The position numbers and the translations under genes are program-made. A DNA stretch of 63,245 nt, from assembly GCA_002269645.1 (NCBI GenBank), contig NIVC01004040.1:1-63245 (forward strand), read 5' to 3'. A model generated the notes under the pieces. It worked only from the letters and a program-made list of their open reading frames with translations. It ran no database searches and was not told the DNA's origin. The stretch comes from Macrostomum lignano. Lineage: Eukaryota. This document shows, in pieces, positions 47,823 through 57,037 of the stretch. How positions within the stretch are numbered: the first letter of the stretch is position 1; every line of letters starts with the position of its first letter.

Positions 47823-48269
47823 ATGACAAAGATTGAAACTAGAACCCTCAATAAACTCAATAAAATAATTGAATCAAAGAAACCAGGTCTTATATCAATT
47901 AAAGGTGCCAAAGTAAAAGTCGATCCCGTGCAGCAAATAGTTCAGTGTAATGAGCAAAGACACAGCATCACAGATGAAAAGTCAGGAGGAATCCTACCAT
48001 TAGCAGCTCTTATTCCGATCATTGCAGGCGCTGTAAGTGCCGCAGGTGGTGTAGCTGGAGGTGTAGCAACTGCTGTTAAAGCTGGTAATGGTAGAGCCCA
48101 CCAGCTGGAATTGCAAAAGATTGCAAGAGATAAAGGTATAACAATTAAGGCAGGAGAGGGCTGCCCGGATTTTGATGATTGTGAGCATGAAAATTCTGTA
48201 AGCAAGTCTGACATTGTCAAAGCAATCATGACACTAAACAATGCTGGGTTTACAATAATGCGGATGTGA
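47823..48269 (+). CDS. Adenovirus pX/mu-like core or membrane-active protein
   Basis: GGILPLAALIPIIAGAVSAAGGVAGGVATAV, a GG-hydrophobic small-residue motif after a basic N-terminus. Confidence 0.65.
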   Translation: MTKIETRTLNKLNKIIESKKPGLISIKGAKVKVDPVQQIVQCNEQRHSITDEKSGGILPLAALIPIIAGAVSAAGGVAGGVATAVKAGNGRAHQLELQKIARDKGITIKAGEGCPDFDDCEHENSVSKSDIVKAIMTLNNAGFTIMRM

Positions 48270-48539
48270 TGAGGTTTAAAACCCCACTTTATCCAGCTTC
48301 ATAAACCTAGCGCTACTTATAGGATGTAGAAACAGTTCAACTTTTCTATCAGGGTGGTCACCCTCAAAAATTTTGTTTATTTTAGAGAAAAAAATGCCAA
48401 AAGCTAATCCAGCAAAAGATTTAGTCAACAAACATTTTTCAAAAGGCGTCTCATTTCAAGACAAAAGTAATTTACTAAGAGAAGCATGTAAACAAAAGTT
48501 TAACACCGACCCGGTCACCTGGGAAGCTATGAAAAACAG

Positions 48540-51500
48540 TTGGAAATCATCAAACAATTAGAATCCAACCAGTATGCGCCTATACAAAATCCTGCAAAGG
48601 AACACCAAGAGAGGAGTCGCAACTTAGTTAACAAATATGAAACTCTCACTGGTGAAAAAGCAAAGTACCCACAAAATAAGCAGGAACAAGAGAAATTAGA
48701 GCAATTAATCCATTTAAAAGAGTCGGAGCTTGCCATTGAAGAGATTAATTTTGCACAGAGGAAGTTTACAGAACATTACATAGAGTACACAATCCCAATT
48801 AACGGCACCAACGGCACCACCGCAAACATCTACGACTATAAAGACAGCATCCAATCAGTTGTTGATCACACACTCAAAACACGCAAGACCTTTAAACTAC
48901 AGATATCATTCAAGATTGCGTTTTATATGCCTGCAAAACCCACTGAACATCTCGAGTATTACATGACAACAAAGGCAAAGCCATTCACCCCTACAGACAC
49001 ACTGGATCCTTTCCTTCAAGATGTCACTAAGAAAATTGAAGCGTTTACATCCAGAGGTTCCGGATGGGTCGTGGGAGGGATTCAAAGAGCACTGTCATGG
49101 TCATGAAATATGACCCACTTAAAGCCTCCTCTTATATAGAGCTCCCGCATAAGCTAGCCGGTAAAAAAGCTTGCATAAATGTTAAAAATAAAGACAATTG
49201 CTGTGCTCTATGGGCAGTTCTTTCTGCACTTTTTAGTGTCCCTCACCACCCCGAAAGAACCTCAAATTATCAAAATTATTTCAACTACTATCTCATCGAA
49301 TGCGAAAAGAAGGGAATCAGGTTTGACAAAGGAGGCTTGGCGATCTCTCAGATCCCAAAGCTAGAAGAAGTGTTTAATAACAAAATTAGAATCACAGTCT
49401 TTGAGTGGAGTGAGAAAACTGAGAAAGTTCAACCGGTCAGATGTAGCAAAGACGTTTTAGATCCTGAGGGGAAAAGGCGGACTGAAGTGGATCTTCTAGT
49501 GATTGGTAATTTACTAGAGGAGGCTCACTATGTTTGGATTAAAGATCTTTCAAGACTCATTCACAAGCAGTTGAATAATCATCACGAGGCTGTTGCCATC
49601 TGCCGCTTGTGCCTTAAGCATTACAGTGGACCTGAACGCTTTGAAAAGCTAACAGAGCATGAATTATCATGCGAGGATCACCCGACAAACTGCTCTCTTC
49701 CTTCAGCTGAAGAGAAGTATCTCCGTTTTTAAGAACTATCACAAGATGGAGAAGCTCCCATTTGTTGTATATGCTGATTTCGAATGCTCAATCGTGCCAG
49801 AGACTCAAAAACAAACTCAAACTCAAAAACAAACTCAAACTCAAAAACATGTCCCGAATTCAGTAGCATATGCCTTTATTAATACAAAATGACTTCTTGA
49901 GTATTTATTATTTCTTTGGAGAGCAGTGTGTGGAGCAGTTTATTGCCAGAATGTTAGAGTTGCAAAGAGTGATTAGCACCCTTCAACCTATTCCAATAAG
50001 TATGTCTGAGGAGGATGAAAGCAATTTCCTATCAGCAACTCATTGCCACATCTGCAGGAAACAGTTAACTTGCACTGATATTAAAAACCCCACCGTTAGA
50101 GACCACTGCCACTTTACTGGGAAATTTAGAGGTGCAGCGCATAACACCTGTAATCTAAAGCTAAAATCAAACATTCATGATCTAACAATATTTTGTCACA
50201 ACGCAAAGAACTATGACATGCATTTAATAGTTGAAAAAATAGGCATGATTCCAGACATACACCTTGACTGCATCGCAGAGAACAAGGAGAAGTTTAAGTG
50301 TGTTGATATTAAACAGGATAATTCGGGTACAGGTAAAATAAGACTGAAGGATTCATATCAATTTCTAGCTGCCAGTCTAGACGAACTAAGCAAGAATCTA
50401 AAAGATGAACAATGTACTTTCACTAAGATATTTGCATGTAAAATTAACAACAGTGATGAATCATTTAAACTTTTAAGAAAGAAAGGCTTCTACCCCTATG
50501 AGAATATTACTAGGTATCACGTATTTGAAGAAGGTTTACCACCACAGGAAAAGTTCTTTTCAAAGCTAACAGACTCTGGAATCTCTGACAAAGACTATGA
50601 GCACGCGAAGCATGTCTATAATTACTTTAATTGTCAAAACTTTTTCCAGTATAACCTGCTTTACCTCTTCACAGATGTGTTTCTGCTGGCTGATGTGTTT
50701 GAAACCTTCAGATACACCTGGTACACAGCATATGGCCTCGATCCAGCACATTATGTGTCTCTGCCTGCCACTAGCTGGGAATCTTTGCTTAAAATGAAAT
50801 GGGATCAAGATCCAGATTGGTACATTGAACTTCTTACAGACATTGACATGTACAATTTTGTCGAATCGTCAAAGCGAGGGGGAATCTCAATTTGTGTTAA
50901 CAGGTATGCAAAAGCAAACAATCCCTACATTGGATCTTACAATAAGGAGCAGCCCTCAAACTACATTACTTACTTGGACGCTAATAATCTCTATGGGTGG
51001 GCGATGAGTCAAGATCTTCCAGTTAGAGATTTTCGATGGTTTACCCTCATCAGAACTAAAGTGGGACTTTTCATTGGCTGCCATTTATGAAGTTGATGTT
51101 TACATTCCACCAGAGCTTCACGACTATTTCTCTGACTTTCCACCCTTCCCAGAGAACATCAAGTGCCCGAAAATAATCGAAACTCCCAATGGAACTTGGC
51201 ACCTGTCAGGAACAGAAAAAGAACATACAGAGAAACTAACACAGAATCTAAACAACAAAAACACGTTACAAAATCCATTACAAACTGCTTCAATATTTTA
51301 TCTCACTGGGTTGCAGGGTCACCAAAGTTCACAGGGCTCTTACATTTACAGAGGAAGCTTGGATGAAACCCTACATTGATAAGAACACCCAGTTTAGGAC
51401 CAAAGCAACCAACGACTTTGACAAGAACCTCTTTAAGTTGGCCAACAACTCTGTCTATGGCAAGACTCTTGAGAATGAGCGGAAAAGAACAAACCTGAAA

Positions 51501-52249
51501 CTTGTTACCTCATCAGAGCCTGCTGTTATTCAGGCAAATATGTCAAAGCCAACATTCAAAGAACTCCATATCTTTAATAGCTACTTGGTGTGATCATATT
51601 TTACAAAACCAAGGTGACGCTGCGCAAGCCGATCTATACAGGTGTCACTGTTCTCGACGAATCAAAACGTCTGATGTACCAGTTCTTCTATGGCATGAAG
51701 CAGCAGTACAAGGATAAAATGAAACTCTTGTACACTGACACAGACAGTTTTATTATGGACATTCAAACAGAAGACATTTATCAGGACATGCTGCAGCAAA
51801 AAGATTTGTTTGACTTGTCTGAGTATGATGAATCTTGCAGGACACAGAATGGTGATCAAGTGTTTGACGCCACTAACAAGAAAGTGATTGGGAAAATGAA
51901 GGACGAGATTGCTGGTGACATAATCACTGAATTCATTGGGTTGAGAGCAAAGTCCTATTTTGTAAAATGTGAGTCGTCAGACTCAATTAAAAAATCAAAG
52001 GGAATTCCGAAACGTGTGGTTAGGAAGGAAATTAATGAAGCTGAATACAGAGACGCCTTGAATTGCAACAAAAAGACATCTCATGAGTTCTCAAAGCTAC
52101 AATCCAAAAACCATATTATTCACACAATTCGGCAAAAGAAGATTGGACTGTCAGGTGCAGATAACAAGAGATTCATTTTTGATGACAATATTAACAGTCT
52201 ACCGTTCGGGCATTGGAGGTTAGGTTTAGGAGGTGGGAGTTGGGTTTAG
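48540..52249 (+). pseudogene. polB: Protein-primed family B DNA polymerase of Polinton 1, split into 7 ORFs by ~6 frameshifts
   Basis: TP-like N-terminus ending GSGWV, YADFEC (ExoI), DHCHFTGKFRGAAHNTCNL (EndoVII/HNH-like insert), HNAKNYD, YLDANNLYGWAM, KLANNSVYGKT and YTDTDS. Confidence 0.93.
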
Positions 52250-52316
52250 GAGATTGGGTTTAGGAGGTTGAGATTAGGTTTAGGTTTAAGAGAAAGTTTA
52301 ATAAACCTCATAAAAA

Positions 52317-52718
52317 ATGACAACAAATAACTTTCTTGAAGATTTGGCTAACGAACTGGAAATCCCAAACTTTAGAGGAATATTTATGAGGGACACTCTG
52401 CCTGATTTTCCTCTAAGAAAGGAATGCGGCATCATGAACTTTGACACCACCGATAAGCCAGGATCTCATTGGGTTTGCTGGGTGATTGATCCTGATCGCA
52501 AGCACAAGTGTTATTACTTCGATAGCTATGGGACGGCAGTACCAGAAGAGCTAAGAAATTATATGAAGGGAAAAAAGAATAAAAAAATTTATCGCTCAGA
52601 CTTTATTCTCCAAGGTCTTAGCAGTGATATTTGCGGTGAGCTGTGCATGACTGTTTTGTATGCAATGACCAAAACACGAAAGACCTACAAGGAAATTATT
52701 CTTGGCTGTGTTTCATAG
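52317..52718 (+). CDS. Adenain-like cysteine (maturation) protease
   Basis: GSHWVC (His), YFDSYG (Asp) and LQ..SDICG (Gln/Cys). Confidence 0.9.
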   Translation: MTTNNFLEDLANELEIPNFRGIFMRDTLPDFPLRKECGIMNFDTTDKPGSHWVCWVIDPDRKHKCYYFDSYGTAVPEELRNYMKGKKNKKIYRSDFILQGLSSDICGELCMTVLYAMTKTRKTYKEIILGCVS

Positions 52719-52722
52719 GGGT

Positions 52723-53029
52723 TCATTGTGCATTTCTCGTCGTCCTTACCGAATTTCTCACCGTCCTTCTTGCCGACTTTCTTTCCACATAATGTTGAAG
52801 AACTTTATCGAGTTCATTTCTCAGCTGACTCATGTCATCAGTACCGACCATGTTCAAGTTCATTCGAATTGTTTGTTCATAAAGATCCTGAATGGTTTTG
52901 AACTCATCCTCTGAAATGAACTTATCCTCGATTGCCCTTGAAATGTACCCTATGATTGATGTGTGCACCCCTTTCTCTTTTACTTGCTTCTCCTGTAGCT
53001 GCTTTAGTTTTTTTCGCCTGTTTCGCGCT
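52723..53029 (-). pseudogene. C-terminal half of a conserved Polinton helical/membrane protein ('GasderminX'-like), 5' end removed by element 2
   Basis: KKLKQLQEKQVKEKGVHTSIIGYISRAIEDKFISEDEFKTI resembles the ISKAL.D..IS.EEF motif of this family. The frame is open up to the 53029/53030 junction. Confidence 0.5.
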
Positions 53030-53106
53030 AGTAGTAGGGCGAATTATGATACTGCCGCACTAGCACTGGCGAGATAGGCGGCAATGCAAATGTATAGGGA
53101 AAAATA

Positions 53107-53580
53107 CACTGCGGAGATATGAGCCCTATCTCTGTGCATTGGGGACGGCTAAGCACTGCAGAGATATGAGCTCTATCTCTGTGCATTGGGGACGGCTAAG
53201 CACTGCAGAGATATGAGCTCTATCTCTGTGCATTGGGGACGGCTAAGCACTGCAGAGATATGAGCTCTATCTCTGTGCATTGGGGACGGCTAAGCACTGC
53301 AGAGATATGAGCTCTATCTCTGTGCATTGGGGACGGCTAAGCACTGCAGAGATATGAGCTCTATCTCTGTGCATTGGGGACGGCTAAGCACTGCAGAGAT
53401 ATGAGCTCTATCTCTGTGCATTGGGGACGGCTAAGCACTGCGGAGATAGAGGCGATTCATGATACTGCCGCACTAGCGCTGGCGAGATAGGCGGCAAAAA
53501 GGATATAGGAAAAATACACTGCGGAGAGGATCCTATCTCTGTGCATTGGGAACGGCTAAACATTGCAGAGATAAGAGGGG
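53107..53580. repeat. 47-bp tandem palindromic repeat in the left TIR of Polinton 2
   Basis: Units at 53107, 53154, 53201, 53248, 53295, 53342, 53389, a partial unit at 53436 and a diverged copy at ~53517. Most units contain CAGAGATA-TGAGCTC-TATCTCTG. Confidence 0.95.
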
Positions 53581-53789
53581 TGGCCAATCTCTGTGCTCTG
53601 TGTTAGGGTAAGGTTATAAAGTTTTACAACTGCACAGAGGACGGCTGGTGTTGCTTACCTGGATAAGGGGACGGGGGGGATACACTAATTACAGCCAGTG
53701 GCCTCTATAACGGTAAAGTAATTATTACCTGAGCATGGCTGGATGTTCATATACGATATGATAAGGAGAGGGCATGCATGTACAAATTA

Positions 53790-53800
53790 CTATATAAGCA
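53790..53800 (+). promoter_or_regulatory. TATA-box-like element upstream of the first ORF of Polinton 2
   Basis: CTATATAAGC about 105 bp upstream of ATG 53900. Confidence 0.45.
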
Positions 53801-53899
53801 GCCACGCAAGTACAAATAAACAAATAGACAAAAACAAATTGTATAAAAGGATTTTTAAAAACCTTACTACTTCTAAAAAACAACTCTTTCTCTTTCAAA

Positions 53900-55334
53900 A
53901 TGAAAACTTTTAAAAGTTGTCATAGAGACCTCTATGAGGTCTGTATAAGCTGCGAAGTGTGCCTGCTTGGAGGCGTGTCCCCAAGACACCACGAGAATGA
54001 GAACTGTCTGGTCTCATGCTGGTTGGCATGCGACCAGTGCGGCACCGTCGAAGCTCTGCAGGAGGGAAAAATTCCAGCATATCATCGAGGACACAAGATC
54101 GTCAGCGATGACAAGAAAAAGCAAGAAAGTAACCGCTGGAAAGTAATCCGCGCCATCAAAAAGAGCAACGAGAGAGAAAAGAAGAGCCAGCAGAAAAAGG
54201 GAGCCAGCAGGAGTCTGCTATCAGCTCACTTGAGTCAAGTAATTGACTCTACATTGAAGAGGATGAGGCCAAGCGGGTCTTCAGCAGCTGCAGAATTTGA
54301 AGTTGAGCTGTCTGCTGGAGTCGAGGCTGCTGGAGTCGAGGCTGCTGGAGTCGAGGCCGCTGGAGTCGAGGCTGCTGGAGTCGAGGCTGCTGGAGTCGAG
54401 GCTGCTGGAGTCGAGGCCGCTGGAGTCGAGGCTGCTGGAGTCGAGGCTGCTGGAGTCGAGGCTGCTGCTGTCATAAACTTCATAGAGGAAGATGTCCTGG
54501 ATCAGTTCCTCAGGGAATTCAACGCTGGTCAGCAGCAGCAGCAGCAGCAACCTGTCTCTTCGGTTCCGGTGATTGCTGGAAAACAACTTCATCTAATTGA
54601 AGACGACCACGAAATGGAAATCCTAGAAGAGGAGGGCAGCGACAATGAGTCGCATAATGCAATTGTGCCACCTGCAGCTCCAGCCGCCCCAGCTGCTCTG
54701 GCCGCCCCAGCTGCTCTGGCCGCCCCAGCTGCTCTGGCCGCCCCAGCTGCTCTGGCCGCCCAGCTGCTCTGGCCGCCCCAGCTGCTCTGGCCGCCCCAGC
54801 TGCTCCAGCCGCCCCAGCTGCTCTGGCCGCCCCAGCTGCTCCAGCCGCCCCAGCTGCTCTGGCCGCCCCAGCTGCTCTGGCCGCCCCAGCTGCTCTGTCC
54901 GCCCCAGCTGCTCTGTCCGCCCCAGCTGCTCTGGCCGCCCCAGCTGCTCTGGCCGCCCCAGCTGCTCCAGCCGCCCCAGCTGCTCTGGCCGCCCCAGCTG
55001 CTCTGCCGCCCCAGCTGCTCTGGCCGCCCCAGCTGCTCTGGCCGCCCCAGCTGCTCTGGCCGCCCCAGCTGCTCTGGCTGCCCCAGCTGCTCCAGCCGCC
55101 CCAGCTGCTCTGGCCGCCCCAGCTGCTCCAGCCGCCCCAGCTGCTCTGGCCGCCCCAGCTGCTCTGGCTGCCCCAGCTGCTCCAGCCGCCCCAGCTGCAG
55201 CCTCTACAATTCCAGCTTCTCAATCCGAAACTCCACCCGTGCCAGCTGGAGTTGCCTTCTTTCTGCCTCCTGTCGGCGGGGCTGGGTACGAGGTAACGAT
55301 TTTCGAAAATCGTATTAGAATTGTGCCGCTGTGA
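53900..55334 (+). CDS. Hypothetical protein: Cys/His-rich N-terminus, basic patch, (AAGVE)n and (PAALAA)n repeats; frameshift within the repeat
   Basis: ORFs 53900-55318 and 54645-55334 join plausibly through the 18-bp repeat array. Cys/His cluster: CISCEVC..HH..C..CWLACDQC..H..H. Confidence 0.55.
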
Positions 55335-56217
55335 CTAAGCAATTTTTGTACTTTTTTGCTTTCTGTGTGGAGTGAGAAATCTACCCATTTATTGCAATTA
55401 TTGCTAAAACTTTATTTCAACTAGCTTTTTAAAGTTGAAAGTAGGTACATTAATTAATGATTTGATCATCTCATAACTCTGTATTCGCTTCTAGGAATCT
55501 TGCTTATAAGTTTTCAGTTTTCATTTCCAAATTAGTTTTAAAAAAAGCTCGTAGCTCGTAGTGGCAACCAATATTTTTTTGGTATCCGAGGTAAAAAAAA
55601 ATTATTTGAAAAGTAGGTGAAACATTATACAGTTGAATTTAACAAATTAAAATCAACATAACATACTTTCAATAAATTGGTGATGGTTTCGTATGCTTGG
55701 TGCGATTGATTAGGTATAATTTTCTTTCTACTGCTTTGACGCGGTGTTTCCTCATTCTTTAATTATTGAACTTTTCAGCTATATTTCTGCTTCTAAACTC
55801 TCGTCTGTATTTGTAATTCATTGTTCCATGCATTGTTTATTGACTATGATTGCACCATGTGAATTCGATATTTTTTTTAAAAAAATATATATAATGTCAG
55901 CATTTTTCCACTCGGTGATTGGTTTGTTAATTAACTATTGGCTTCATTTTGCATTTTTTACCGATTGAGTCTGCGTAGGAGGCAAATAGAAACGAACTTT
56001 TACGAATAGGGATCAATAGAATATGCATGCAGAGAGCTAGCTTAAGGGAGAACCAAAAAAATATAACCAGCATCTACTAGCTTGTAAGTGTGGATATTGT
56101 ACCAGTATTGCAGCAATAAAGACTTACGAAAAAGATTTCAAATATTCACTCCCAGTTGCTTATGACACTCAGTTGCAGCCAGTAAACACTGTCAGCTTTT
56201 AACTGCTTGCCTTTTCT

Positions 56218-56614
56218 ATGGTTGAGCACTCCTGGATGGAGCAGGAGAATGACCACTCATGGATGGAGAATGACCACTCATGGATGGAGAATGACCACTC
56301 ATGGATGGAGAATGACCACTCATGGATGGAGAATGGCCACTCGTGGATGGAGGATGACCACTCGTGGATCGAGTATGACCACCCTTGGGTGGACCATGAC
56401 GTCAGCAGCGAGTCAGCAGCCAGCAGCGAGTCGGCAGCCAGCAGCGAGTCGGCAGCCAGCAGCGAGTCGGCAGCCAGCAGCGAGTCAGCAGCCAGCAGCG
56501 AGTCAGCAGCCAGCAGCGAGTCAGCAGCCAGCAGCGAGTCAGCAGCCAGCAGCGAGTCAGCAGCCAGCAGCGAGTCAGCAGCCAACAGCGAGTCGGTGAC
56601 TGATGCACACCAAG
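56218..56614 (+). CDS. Acidic repeat ORF/exon ((ENDHSWM)n, (SSESAA)n), possible 5' exon of PolB
   Basis: 21-bp and 18-bp repeats, then a strong G|GTAAGT donor at 56615. Confidence 0.4.
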
Positions 56615-57037
56615 GTAAGTGCCTTTATTTATCCTTTTCAACTTACTTAAAAATTTTCTTATCAATGCGATGTATATTATGCAGTCTAAAATTTTAGTCC
56701 AAAGAATGGGAGAAGGGGAGATAAAAGACTTTATACCGGTAGGGTTGTACATGTATGCTTGGGTACAGACGTTTAGTTTAGTATCTTTGATATTTGAAAC
56801 TATAGGCAGCAAAAAACAAAAATATTATCCTAAAACCACAAACCAGGTTCAACAGTCAGCTTCAGCAGAGTTGCCCAAGCCTATGATCAATCACTGGAAA
56901 TACTGAGGCTCAGATCGAGTCACCCAGACACGCTTCCGTCAGAATTTTTTGTCCAAGCTGGAGACAAAATTATTGAGGCAGTTCAGCAAAGAATTTCAAG
57001 ACATCATTACAAAGTTCAGCTAAAGGCGAATATTCGA

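Larger units (their letters stand above)
44016..53029 (+). mobile_element. Polinton/Maverick (adintovirus-like) element 1, left portion
   Basis: AGAGTAGAAG start, ~83-bp subterminal repeats (44065-44290), PLA2, integrase, pX-like, PolB and adenain-type protease genes. It is cut at 53029 by element 2. The left boundary is approximate. Confidence 0.88.

Noticed and set aside
48540-52249. Programmed ribosomal frameshifting in polB
   Set aside because: About six shifts without consistent slippery sites fit decay or sequencing error better.
52215-52290. De novo telomere addition
   Set aside because: The repeats are degenerate and internal, and the element's gene order continues normally.
53107-53450. 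CRISPR-like array of palindromic repeats
   Set aside because: Units are contiguous and near-identical with no unique spacers, the context is eukaryotic, and there are no cas genes. The same applies to the 16-, 27-, 41- and 43-bp arrays.
54519-55223. Gly/Ala-rich antisense ORF resembling silk or antifreeze protein
   Set aside because: It is the reverse reading of the 18-bp repeat in the plus-strand ORF and has no independent support.
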